64,000 bases of DNA, from contig JAGWFT010000002.1 in NCBI GenBank assembly GCA_028867755.1, positions 128,001-192,000 of the forward strand. The letters are read 5' to 3'. Positions within the stretch are counted from its first letter, which is position 1; every line of letters starts with the position of its first letter. The position numbers and the translations under genes were made by a program. Below are positions 10,133 to 18,912 of the stretch, in pieces. Source of the DNA: Nitrososphaerota archaeon (GTDB lineage Archaea > Thermoproteota > Nitrososphaeria > Nitrososphaerales > Nitrosopumilaceae). The notes under the pieces are model-generated. The model was not told the origin of the DNA, did not search any database, and worked only from the letters and a program-made list of their open reading frames with translations.

Positions 10133-10196
10133 AGCGGTAGACGGATGGCTAATGTGGACCTCCTGCAAGAGACCTATCGGTCACCCATCTGCCGCT
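10133..10196. ncRNA. Candidate structured small RNA (GC-rich hairpin)
   Basis: 37 of 64 bases are G+C within AT-rich intergenic DNA; AGCGGTAGA(10133-41) pairs with TCTGCCGCT(10188-96); followed by a T-run. Confidence 0.4.
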
Positions 10197-10214
10197 ACTT
10201 TTCATATATAGTTT

Positions 10215-11969
10215 TTAGAAAAGATCTTGTACTATTTTTCGGATGCCAGTTATCTCGTCTTCTTCCTGTTTTATTTTCTTCTCAATGACCCGTATCATGG
10301 AATCTAGCCAAAGATGGTGTGAGAAGAAATTATGATATGTATTTGCAGCAGTCATCTCATCGTCAACTACAGTATCCTCTAAAAATTTTGTCACTACAGT
10401 ATCTGTAAGTTTTAAGATTCTCTGGTTTAGTTTGACACTTTTAAAAATTGGCTCTAACTTTGAAATATCTTCCTTGAAATCCCCTTTGGTAAGAAGTATT
10501 TTTTCATGCAGAATTTTAAAGTAAACTGCAACAAAAAACAGTGTTGCGTATCTTTTTGTTTTGTGGCCTCCCTTCTTTCCATAACTTAATGCTACTTTTG
10601 CATATTCTTTTACAAGATAAGGATACAACAACAGCCTGCAATCGTCTTTTAATTTTTCATTGAATACTTCGTCATACTTACTTCCCCTTGGTAAGAACTG
10701 TGCAGGAGAACTGTATGATTCTGTAGGTCTTTGTTCAATTCCGGCTACAAATACCTGTATTGCATCTTTGGCAACAATTACTTTTTTGTGGTTGTCAGGA
10801 AGATACTTGTTGTATGTGGGGTCACCTAAGAATTCAGATTGCTGAGATTTTGCTTTACTATCAAATGACCCAGCTTGTATCTCATAAAAATACCTGAAAT
10901 TCTCCATTTGAGATTTGATTGATTTGTGAAAGTCCATAAGGGAAACCAGATCTTTTCCTCTTACTGCATTCTGAGAGTTTCTATATTTTGTAATGTTGTT
11001 CTGGTCCATCTCATCCGCTGCCTTGATTATGGTCACAGTAATACTTCCATCCAGATTGTGAGTTCGCTTTGCATGGTCTAGTACTGAATTGGATGTTTGA
11101 GCACCATTGACTATTTGTGGTGCATGCAAAAGTATCGAGTTATCTTCAAGCTCTTCAAAATCATTTACAACTATAGTTATACCGTTATTATAGTAAAAGA
11201 ACTTGTTTGGCGATTCTTGCAAGGTCTCACGAAGACCCTTGTTTACAGTAGTTTTGAACTGCATCCATTGCCTTATGTTTGATTCAAAGACATAATCCCT
11301 GTTTTTTGTAACAAAGTTAGTTAATTCTCTCAGCTTTAGGATGCCAAGAAGTGTATTCTGGTATCGTAGCTTGCATTCTAGCCTTATGGAGGCCTTTTTT
11401 CCAACTGCTGGCTTTCTTATCCTGTCCCAAAGTTTTTGAATTATTATATCAATATCGTATATCTCAATAGATTCGTAATTTTCCTCATCTACTCTTTGGT
11501 CAGTAACATAAACACATTCAATTTTTAGATTTTTTTCCTGAATCTGTGTTACAAGGCGTGCAATCTCAGGTCGCATTTTTGAAATGTCCTTTGCACGTAA
11601 ACTTTGTACGTCTTGCCTAAACTTGGCAATTGCTTCCATAGAGTGTGATGTACCATATTTTGATTGAAAGAGATAGACCTTGTCTTCAGAAAAGTCAACT
11701 GGTAGATATGCATCTATGCCAAGATCGTTTGGGCCATCAACGATCGCATCAGTTGCATCATCTTCCGTTGCTTCAAAAACTCTTGTAAGCACCCATTGGA
11801 GAAAATTATGGCCTTTTTCAACTTCACTTTGAGCGTCTTCTGCATATTCTTTAACACTATCTCGTATGTTTTGAGCAAATCCTTCTAATGGTTGCCCACT
11901 GAGTGACTGCTGTAAAAGGGGTCTTGCACCTGGTATGTATTCTAGTAATCCATTATTTCTATCGGCCAA
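10215..11969 (-). CDS. AIPR-family (abortive infection phage resistance) protein
   Basis: N-terminal DGPNDLGIDA...FQSKY nuclease-like motif; FFYYNNGITIV and IVNGAQT core motifs. Confidence 0.88.
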   Translation of the reverse strand: MADRNNGLLEYIPGARPLLQQSLSGQPLEGFAQNIRDSVKEYAEDAQSEVEKGHNFLQWVLTRVFEATEDDATDAIVDGPNDLGIDAYLPVDFSEDKVYLFQSKYGTSHSMEAIAKFRQDVQSLRAKDISKMRPEIARLVTQIQEKNLKIECVYVTDQRVDEENYESIEIYDIDIIIQKLWDRIRKPAVGKKASIRLECKLRYQNTLLGILKLRELTNFVTKNRDYVFESNIRQWMQFKTTVNKGLRETLQESPNKFFYYNNGITIVVNDFEELEDNSILLHAPQIVNGAQTSNSVLDHAKRTHNLDGSITVTIIKAADEMDQNNITKYRNSQNAVRGKDLVSLMDFHKSIKSQMENFRYFYEIQAGSFDSKAKSQQSEFLGDPTYNKYLPDNHKKVIVAKDAIQVFVAGIEQRPTESYSSPAQFLPRGSKYDEVFNEKLKDDCRLLLYPYLVKEYAKVALSYGKKGGHKTKRYATLFFVAVYFKILHEKILLTKGDFKEDISKLEPIFKSVKLNQRILKLTDTVVTKFLEDTVVDDEMTAANTYHNFFSHHLWLDSMIRVIEKKIKQEEDEITGIRKIVQDLF

Positions 11970-12029
11970 GTCTGATTTGGATAGAATTTGGTGTATTTAG
12001 TAAAGTAGGTTATTATGATATACTCAAAA

Positions 12030-12101
12030 AGGTGAGGAAGGGATTCGAACCCCTATAGATTCGCTCTGCAGGCGAACGCATAGCCGCTCTGCCACCTCAC
12101 C
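12030..12101 (-). tRNA. tRNA-Cys(GCA), intron-less
   Basis: GGTGAGG/CCTCACC acceptor, TTCGC-CTGCAGA-GCGAA anticodon arm, GGTTCGAATCC T loop. Confidence 0.95.
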
Positions 12102-12142
12102 GCAATCAAAAAGGTTTCCTATGAACAATTAAATCTTTTAGA

Positions 12143-12364
12143 TCAGAATTTTGAAAACTGTTTTGCAGCTAGCCTGACATCTTCTGCCTTGATTGTTTTT
12201 CTACCCGCATGTGTAGACATCTCAACTGCACTCTTGGCAATGGATGCTCCCACCTCTTCCAATATTCTTCTCAATTCATTTGCTGACTCGTCGCTTACTC
12301 TGTCAGCACCAGCCTTTTTTAGGATCCTGTACATGACAGAGAGACCAAATTCAGATGTTGTCAT
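12143..12364 (-). CDS. Archaeal histone
   Basis: RILKKAGADRVS...HAGRKTIKAEDV histone fold (R-T-D motif). Confidence 0.93.
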   Translation of the reverse strand: MTTSEFGLSVMYRILKKAGADRVSDESANELRRILEEVGASIAKSAVEMSTHAGRKTIKAEDVRLAAKQFSKF

Positions 12365-12461
12365 GTTTTAATTTCAAGTATCTGAGATAAAAGACTTCAA
12401 GTGGAAAAAAGACTATCTGTGGATCGATTTATACACACTATTTCGTGGTTTATAGTATACC

Positions 12462-13220
12462 ATGAGCTGGTTGACTGACGCCCACATTCACTTGTCTGAT
12501 AGTGAGTTCAAGCCAGAATGGCAGTTCATACTTGTCGCCATGGATAAGATGCGAATAAAAGCATGTTGTGTATCTATGGACTATCAAAGCTCAAACGCAA
12601 CATTAGAACTAGGTACAAAAAGCCCACTAGTTCTTCCGTTTCTTGGAATACATCCAGAAAAAGCTGGAAATGAAGAACTAGAACCAGTATTAGATTTGAT
12701 AATGAAAAACTCTAACAAAATATCAGGTATTGGGGAGATTGGTCTTGACAGGACATATGTCTCTGACGAGAATGGTTTTAATCGTCAGGTTGATGTTTTT
12801 GAGAAGATGTTATCCTTGGCTGAAAAGCTCAAAAAACCAGTATCAATTCATTCCAGAAAGACATTAGAGGAGATATTTTCTATTTTGCCATCGTATCATA
12901 TTGATGGAGTTTTGTTACATTGGTTTGCAGGAAATAAAAAACAACTACAAAAAGCCATGGACTTGGGATGTTATGTTTCGTATGGTCCTGCCATGGTTTA
13001 TTCTCAAGATAAGCAAATTCTTCTCACCCAGACAGAACCTAGTAAGATCTTGTTAGAAACAGATGGACCGGTAAAATTCTCAAAATGTTTTGGATACAAA
13101 ACTACACAAATAACATTTCTTCCAAGTGTTCTTTTTTGTGCATCACAGATTCTAGGTAAAAGATATGATGAGACACTTGAAGCTATAGAAAAAAATATGA
13201 ATTCATATCTTGGCGTATAG
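12462..13220 (+). CDS. TatD-family metallo-hydrolase
   Basis: DAHIHL, GIHPE, IGEIGLD, IHSR, LHWF, LETDGP. Confidence 0.93.
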   Translation: MSWLTDAHIHLSDSEFKPEWQFILVAMDKMRIKACCVSMDYQSSNATLELGTKSPLVLPFLGIHPEKAGNEELEPVLDLIMKNSNKISGIGEIGLDRTYVSDENGFNRQVDVFEKMLSLAEKLKKPVSIHSRKTLEEIFSILPSYHIDGVLLHWFAGNKKQLQKAMDLGCYVSYGPAMVYSQDKQILLTQTEPSKILLETDGPVKFSKCFGYKTTQITFLPSVLFCASQILGKRYDETLEAIEKNMNSYLGV

Positions 13221-13251
13221 GTATAAAATACCCCTTATGCCAACCGGTAAC

Positions 13252-13512
13252 GTGAATAGAGTCAGACGAATTTCTACCGAACTGATGGCTACTTATAAAG
13301 GAGAATTTGGTACTGATTTTAAGCAAAATAAGACACTACTTAACGAAGTTGCAATTGTAAGATCAAAAGGACTAAAAAATGAGATTGCAGGCTATATCAC
13401 GGCCCATTTGAGACGAGAACTTGAAGAGCAAGAAGAAAAAGATGCACAAGCAATGGATCGTGCACAACCTGTAGAAGAAACTGAAGAGATGGAAGAGCAA
13501 CTTATCAGCTAA
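13252..13512 (+). CDS. rps17e: 30S ribosomal protein S17e with acidic C-terminal tail
   Basis: FGTDFKQNK...SKGLKNEIAGYIT; GTG at 13252 lies about 25 nt after GTATAAAA. Confidence 0.92.
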   Translation: MNRVRRISTELMATYKGEFGTDFKQNKTLLNEVAIVRSKGLKNEIAGYITAHLRRELEEQEEKDAQAMDRAQPVEETEEMEEQLIS

Positions 13513-13571
13513 GTTCTCAGGCAATTCACAAACCAAAAATTCCATATTGAGCTAATGAATTTCTTAATCTT

Positions 13572-14351
13572 ATGATAACAGTAAAACTTCTAGGTGGTGC
13601 CAAGCGGTCTTTTCCATCTGACAAGTTATCGATTGAAAACTCTATGATGGTATCTGATCTGCTTGTCTTTCTTCAGGGCTCTGTTCCAAAAAATATGCCT
13701 GCATTTGATACAAGAAATATCCTAGTTGCAATAAATGGAATAGACTCTTCTGTTTTGCAAGGAGGTGACACATTACTCAAGGATGGAGATGTTGTCAGTA
13801 TAATTCCAGTAGTACATGGCGGCAGTAAAACTAGAGTCAGCTTTTGTATCTCAAATCACAATGTAGAACTAATCCGACTAGGAAAAACTGATGATGATCC
13901 TATATCACTTCTTGATAGTCTGAGAACAAGATTTCCTGATCTAATCATTCAGGGTGTTCGATTACAATATGTTCTAAATGTCAACCATGCAAAGAGAGTA
14001 ATTGGAATCTCGTTGGAGGCAAGAAAGACTGGTACGTTGCTTTCTAACAAAATTGAGACTGATATATTGATGAGATTTGCAGGTACTAGACAGATTAATG
14101 ATGCAATCAATAAAGTAGGATTACAAAAGGACCAAGACTCTATCTTGGTTTTGATTGGAAAAAAGTCTCTAATCAACAAGCTTTTTGCTGTGATCTATGG
14201 CATGACCAAGCCAATAACCCCATTTCCTAATAATGCTAATTTCATAAAGAAAGAATTCAATATAACAAAGAAAGAACTTGACTGTGTAGTATTATCAAAG
14301 GATCCACTAGAGGATCTACTAGTTGAGAGATCTGCAGTATTACTCCATTGA
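13572..14351 (+). CDS. Ubiquitin-like (MoaD/ThiS/Urm1) domain fused to KEOPS subunit Cgi121
   Basis: N-terminal beta-grasp domain ending LKDGDVVSIIPVVHGG; C-terminal EtDILMRFAGTRQINDAIxKVG Cgi121 motif. Confidence 0.85.
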   Translation: MITVKLLGGAKRSFPSDKLSIENSMMVSDLLVFLQGSVPKNMPAFDTRNILVAINGIDSSVLQGGDTLLKDGDVVSIIPVVHGGSKTRVSFCISNHNVELIRLGKTDDDPISLLDSLRTRFPDLIIQGVRLQYVLNVNHAKRVIGISLEARKTGTLLSNKIETDILMRFAGTRQINDAINKVGLQKDQDSILVLIGKKSLINKLFAVIYGMTKPITPFPNNANFIKKEFNITKKELDCVVLSKDPLEDLLVERSAVLLH

Positions 14352-14861
14352 GTCTCGCTTTAGTTTTAGAGTGCTTACTATGCCCTGTTCTTTTAGTACT
14401 GATACCCCAGTCATGTTTCCAAGAACTTCAACTATGATATTCCAGTCATATTTTTCAAGAGATACTTTGTTTTCTACAATTTCTGCAATAGAGTCAATTA
14501 TCTCTTTAGAGGACAACTCTGATCCACGTTTTTCAATTGTGATTCTATAGGAATCATCTGATTGCATATTCCCAATGTGCCTTTGTACAGATTCCACTAT
14601 TGCACCAAGCGTAGTCTTGGTTGACTCTTGAATTGGTATGAACCTATGACAGTATCTAACGCTCCAAGGCTCATCAAGAATTTTTGTTCTAATCTTACCT
14701 ACAGCTTCGAAAGGATCTAGCGATGTATCAACTATAACTATGCCTGAAAAATCACTACTCTTCGCCTTTACCTCATCATCTCCTAGTGTTTGAAGAATGT
14801 TTGAAATCTCGTCAGATGCTTCTTCTTCAAGATGTCTGCTGCATGTTACAATTAGATTCAA
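14340..14861 (-). CDS. THUMP-domain RNA-binding protein
   Basis: SYRITIEKRG...KVSLEKYDWNIIVEVLG. Confidence 0.85.
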   Translation of the reverse strand: MNLIVTCSRHLEEEASDEISNILQTLGDDEVKAKSSDFSGIVIVDTSLDPFEAVGKIRTKILDEPWSVRYCHRFIPIQESTKTTLGAIVESVQRHIGNMQSDDSYRITIEKRGSELSSKEIIDSIAEIVENKVSLEKYDWNIIVEVLGNMTGVSVLKEQGIVSTLKLKRDSME

Positions 14862-15457
14862 ACTAGTGCAAGTAGCTCCTTTTCATTAATTTTTCCTTGA
14901 CGTATTATGCGAAATTTACTTCCGACCACTTCTACTATGGTAGACTCTATGGGATTTGGTATTATTCCACCGTCTAACAGTATGTCATACCCTTCTAACT
15001 TGCCTATTATTTCCTGAGAGTTTGATGAAGATGGATGACCAGAAACATTTGCACTTGTTCCTACAAGCAATCTGCATTCTTTGAGAAGATCTAGTGTGCA
15101 TGGATGATTTGGTACGCGCACTGCTATTTTTTTATCAAGACCAAGAGATTCTGCAATTTTTTGTTCTTTTATGTCAAGAAGTAACGTTAACGGACCTGGC
15201 CAGAACTTGGCTGCAATTTTCTTTGACAGATCATCAAAAATGGCGATCTTTGATATCTCAGAGATAGAAAAACCCAGAACAGGAAGTTGCTTTGATTCTT
15301 CTCGCCCCTTGATTCTGTAAATCATTCTAACTGACTTGCTGTTAAATGGATCACATCCTATTCCATATACTGTATCTGTTGGGAAAACCACAACACCACC
15401 ATTTTTGACTATCTTTGATGCTGTGATGATTCCATTATGGTCACAAGGCACGATCAT
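14858..15457 (-). CDS. tsaC: L-threonylcarbamoyladenylate synthase (short TsaC/YrdC type)
   Basis: VFPTDTVYGIG, KGR, FWPGPLT, AVRVP, TSANVSG. Confidence 0.93.
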   Translation of the reverse strand: MIVPCDHNGIITASKIVKNGGVVVFPTDTVYGIGCDPFNSKSVRMIYRIKGREESKQLPVLGFSISEISKIAIFDDLSKKIAAKFWPGPLTLLLDIKEQKIAESLGLDKKIAVRVPNHPCTLDLLKECRLLVGTSANVSGHPSSSNSQEIIGKLEGYDILLDGGIIPNPIESTIVEVVGSKFRIIRQGKINEKELLALV

Positions 15458-15529
15458 GACCTATTTGATAAATGGCAGTAAATTATCTCTTCTAAAAATG
15501 ATATAAGGTCGTATGCTGTATGTCTCTTC

Positions 15530-15643
15530 ATGGACGATGAAATACCTCAATGTCAGTGTCCACCAGGCGCAGAAACATACGTAAATGATGACGGCATGAA
15601 CATTTGTGTTTCATGCGGCGGCTGGGTAGCACCTGTCATGTGA
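15530..15643 (+). CDS. 37-aa Cys4 microprotein (absent from ORF track)
   Basis: MDDEIPQCQCPPGAETYVNDDGMNICVSCGGWVAPVM*; GATATAAG TATA-like box about 25 nt upstream. Confidence 0.55.
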   Translation: MDDEIPQCQCPPGAETYVNDDGMNICVSCGGWVAPVM

Positions 15644-15712
15644 TGATACCATTTACAAACAATATAGGTACGTCTGCAAGTCTTTTATAGGAAAATATTT
15701 TCTTTGATCTTG

Positions 15713-15796
15713 ATGTCTGAGGAGCTTGAGAATGATTTTGAAGATGATTTTGATGACGATATAGAAGACGAATACGCTGAAAATGAATCTGACTAA
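15713..15796 (+). CDS. 27-aa hyperacidic microprotein (absent from ORF track)
   Basis: MSEELENDFEDDFDDDIEDEYAENESD* (16/27 D/E); TTTTATAG box about 25 nt upstream. Confidence 0.5.
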   Translation: MSEELENDFEDDFDDDIEDEYAENESD

Positions 15797-16083
15797 ATTC
15801 TTAACCCAAAGGAATCTGCAAATTCTCTAAAACCTCGATAGGCCTGTAGAAATTCTCTGCCCCTTGAACTGATTCTGTATTTGCAAGCCCTATCTGATGT
15901 GGTCTGTTCCAGAAGGCCCTGTTGAACCAAGGTTTCCAAGATCTTGGCCAGTCTTCCATATGAGACATTTGCTTTTCTTATTAGGTATGTTACACTTGCC
16001 CCCGATTCATCTGGAGCTTCATCTCTAGTAGTAGAGAGAATATCTCCTATGATACTCATGTGAGTTCTATACACTGCCGCCAA
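15793..16083 (-). CDS. Winged helix-turn-helix regulator
   Basis: YRTHMSIIGDIL...KANVSYGRL...ISSRGREFL...ADSFGL; overlaps upstream membrane gene. Confidence 0.85.
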   Translation of the reverse strand: MAAVYRTHMSIIGDILSTTRDEAPDESGASVTYLIRKANVSYGRLAKILETLVQQGLLEQTTSDRACKYRISSRGREFLQAYRGFREFADSFGLRI

Positions 16084-16717
16084 GTTTCATACCTCCTCTT
16101 AATGGGACCTGAGAAATTGGAATGAATAGTGCACCAAGGCCTGTTATTTTTGTGGAAATTGAGATGAAATAGAGTATTGATTTTGGAAATACTACTGAAT
16201 ACCAACCTAGGAACTCGCCTAGGGCAAGTAAGCCAAGTCCGGCAGCAACAAAGATAGTGCTCCTCTTCCTATTCTCCATATACGACATAATGGTCTCAAT
16301 CGTGCCATATACCAATAGGATAAAAGAAATTGACCTTATAATATGCTCAATTGAATTTCCTGGTATGATGAAAAGCGGGAATATGATGGATTTGAAGTAC
16401 CTAGACTTTGGGAAAAACGATTTAATACCGTGTGAGAATGCGATGAAAAAGTACCCTATTGTCTGAATTCCTATGCCGAGTGTTTGAATCCAACTGTCAA
16501 GCTGTGCATATTTTAGTATGAACAACTCTGTCATGTACCCAAATCCAACTACTCCAAAACCTATGCCAATTGAAAAAAAAGCGATGTTTAACCTGAATAA
16601 TGTAGGACTTCCTGTATTTTTGAATCCAATATAAGAGAAAATTCCTAATGCGAGTCCAACAACAAACCCTAACAAGTTAAGGGTTGTTTCGAGAACTGCA
16701 TCAGGTGCGAAGGCCAA
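16067..16717 (-). CDS. Polytopic membrane protein (two tandem ~3-TM units)
   Basis: 6-7 hydrophobic segments; second unit has GLGLLALGE. Confidence 0.8.
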   Translation of the reverse strand: MAFAPDAVLETTLNLLGFVVGLALGIFSYIGFKNTGSPTLFRLNIAFFSIGIGFGVVGFGYMTELFILKYAQLDSWIQTLGIGIQTIGYFFIAFSHGIKSFFPKSRYFKSIIFPLFIIPGNSIEHIIRSISFILLVYGTIETIMSYMENRKRSTIFVAAGLGLLALGEFLGWYSVVFPKSILYFISISTKITGLGALFIPISQVPLRGGMKLGGSV

Positions 16718-16769
16718 CTAAACGCACTAGTATTTCGAAATTAATTAAAGCCTTGTAGTAGCTTTTTTT

Positions 16770-16976
16770 CTACCACTCATCAAGAGTTCCTGCTGGGGAA
16801 CCGTTTGTATCTTTGGCATAATCTCCAAGTATGTCAGAATATGTGGCATCCTTATACGCTACGAACCTAACATATTCCCCATACGTCATATCCAAGGAAC
16901 ATTTTGCACATTTTACATAGGAAAAGTCATCCCCTAATTCAGCTATTGCGTCGCATTTGGGACACTTGATCTTCAT
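16770..16976 (-). CDS. Small zinc-ribbon protein
   Basis: CPKC...CAKC. Confidence 0.75.
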   Translation of the reverse strand: MKIKCPKCDAIAELGDDFSYVKCAKCSLDMTYGEYVRFVAYKDATYSDILGDYAKDTNGSPAGTLDEW

Positions 16977-17047
16977 ATTCTATTTTGGGCGATTTCCCTA
17001 ATATCTCTTCTTAAAGAAATAAATTTGCTAAATTCTGATGGCTTGCT

Positions 17048-17323
17048 ATGGCAAAAAATTGTACCAAGTGCAAAAAGGAAATTCCTGATAATGTAGAGCT
17101 AGATCCAATAGCAGCTGTCTATCCTTGCTGTAATGAGTGCTGGGAAGAATGGAAGCAGTATAGGGTTATGGTCATGAATGAAATGCGACTAGATATGTCA
17201 ATGCCAGACCACAGAAAAGTGGTAAAAAGATACGAAAAGGTCTTTGTTGGTGTAATGACACCTGAAGGAGATGTTGTCAATTTTGCCGATGAGAATCAGC
17301 GAAAGCCTGACAAGCCACTCTAA
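17048..17323 (+). CDS. YggX-like Fe(II)-trafficking family protein
   Basis: CWEEWKQYRVMVMNEMRLDMSMPDHR resembles the YggX CWxxW...xNExRL motif. Confidence 0.75.
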   Translation: MAKNCTKCKKEIPDNVELDPIAAVYPCCNECWEEWKQYRVMVMNEMRLDMSMPDHRKVVKRYEKVFVGVMTPEGDVVNFADENQRKPDKPL

Positions 17324-17781
17324 ATTCTTATCTCTTTTTTGGCCCTTTCTGGAATTAAAAGATAAAGCCTCTTTCTTGAATCGTTATCAAGGGAATTCAC
17401 AACTTTGCCTATGGAGTTTGATATCTTATTTTTTTGTTCATCTGTTAATGAAAGATATATCTCTAAAATTCCATCTAGATTAAATGCAATTATCTTTTCG
17501 GGATGATTTGTAATCTCAATAATGTATGTGCTAAACATTACATGTCTTTGTTCTTCTGATAGATTGCATAACACTTCAAGCCATGTCTTAAACAAGGTTG
17601 AGAACTTGTCAAACTGGATGGTAGGGCCTGCCTGTAGTGCGTTATTTATGATCTCCGCCTTGTCTTCCTTTGACATTGAAAAAAATTCTGACAGCCTTTT
17701 TTGTAGTATGGGTTTGCGGAGAAATTCAGGAAGATTTGCCAAGGAAATGATGATGTTTCCTGCATAGTTTGGCTCTGACAT
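17320..17781 (-). CDS. Conserved hypothetical helical protein
   Basis: 153-aa ORF with its own intergenic promoter region. Confidence 0.7.
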   Translation of the reverse strand: MSEPNYAGNIIISLANLPEFLRKPILQKRLSEFFSMSKEDKAEIINNALQAGPTIQFDKFSTLFKTWLEVLCNLSEEQRHVMFSTYIIEITNHPEKIIAFNLDGILEIYLSLTDEQKNKISNSIGKVVNSLDNDSRKRLYLLIPERAKKEIRI

Positions 17782-17861
17782 GCAAAGTTGCAGTTCATCT
17801 TCTTTGCTAAAATTGTATTGCTAAGATTTGGCTTAAATATCTCCCCATATGCTCCTCCTTT

Positions 17862-18866
17862 ATGCCTTCTACAGTTATTGTTGGTGGTTTCTTTGGAGAT
17901 GAAGGTAAAGGCAAAATTGTTTCATATCTTGCCATGAAGGATAATCCTGTAATAGCTGTTAGAGGAGGTGTAGGACCCAATGCAGGTCACACTATAGAAC
18001 ATGATGGTAAAAAATACAAAGTAAGAATGCTTCCAAGTGCGTTTCTAAATCCTAATACAAGATTACTAGTGGGACCAGGTGTTGTGATAAGCTTGGATGT
18101 GTTGCTAAAAGAAATATCTGAATTTGGTACTCAGGATAGATCCTTTGTTGACTATCAATGTGGAATCATTGAGGACTCTCACAGGGTGGCTGATTCTCAA
18201 GGAAGACTGAAAGAATCTATTGGCAGTACAGGAACAGGAACCGGGCCTGCCAATGCAGATAGAGCCATGAGAACACTGAAACTTGCAAAAGAGATTGACT
18301 CTCTCGCATTGTATCTTGATGATATTCCAAATGCAGTTAATTTTGCTCTGGAAAGAAAAGAACAAGTTTTGGTAGAGGGAACCCAAGGAACTTTTCTCTC
18401 ACTATGGCACGGAACATATCCATATGTTACCTCAAAGGATGTCACAGCATCTGGAATATGTGCCGATGTGGGGCTAGGGCCAAAAAGCGTTGACGAGGTG
18501 GTAATTGTCTTCAAATCGTTTGTTACTAGAGTGGGAGAAGGTCCTCTGAAAAATGAAATAAGTCCAGAAAAGGCAACTGCAAAAGGATGGCAAGAGGTTG
18601 GCACTGTTACAGGTAGACAAAGACGAGCGGCAGAATTTGATTTTGAACTTGCAAAAAGATCTATAATGCTAAACAGTGCAACACAGATTGCAATCACAAA
18701 GCTTGATGTAGTTTATCCTGAATGTGCCCACATGCAATCGTTTTCTGACCTCAGCTCGCCTGCCAAATATTTCATCAAAACCATTGAAGATAAACTCAAG
18801 GTGCCTGTAACTTTGATTGGTACTGGTCCTGAAGTCAACGATACTATTGATAGACGAAACCAGTAA
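17862..18866 (+). CDS. purA: Adenylosuccinate synthetase (short archaeal type)
   Basis: FGDEGKGK, GPNAGHT, EGTQG, GTVTGRQRR. Confidence 0.96.
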   Translation: MPSTVIVGGFFGDEGKGKIVSYLAMKDNPVIAVRGGVGPNAGHTIEHDGKKYKVRMLPSAFLNPNTRLLVGPGVVISLDVLLKEISEFGTQDRSFVDYQCGIIEDSHRVADSQGRLKESIGSTGTGTGPANADRAMRTLKLAKEIDSLALYLDDIPNAVNFALERKEQVLVEGTQGTFLSLWHGTYPYVTSKDVTASGICADVGLGPKSVDEVVIVFKSFVTRVGEGPLKNEISPEKATAKGWQEVGTVTGRQRRAAEFDFELAKRSIMLNSATQIAITKLDVVYPECAHMQSFSDLSSPAKYFIKTIEDKLKVPVTLIGTGPEVNDTIDRRNQ

Positions 18867-18912
18867 AACAACAAACGACTACTTTTAATGGGGTAATTTT
18901 AGGAGGGATTCT

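Noticed and set aside
10133-10196. HDV-like ribozyme, cobalamin or SAM-I riboswitch identity for the hairpin
   Set aside because: Only short words match (GGCTAA, GAGACCT, TCCTGCA) and the required helices are not in the right order; kept only as an unclassified RNA
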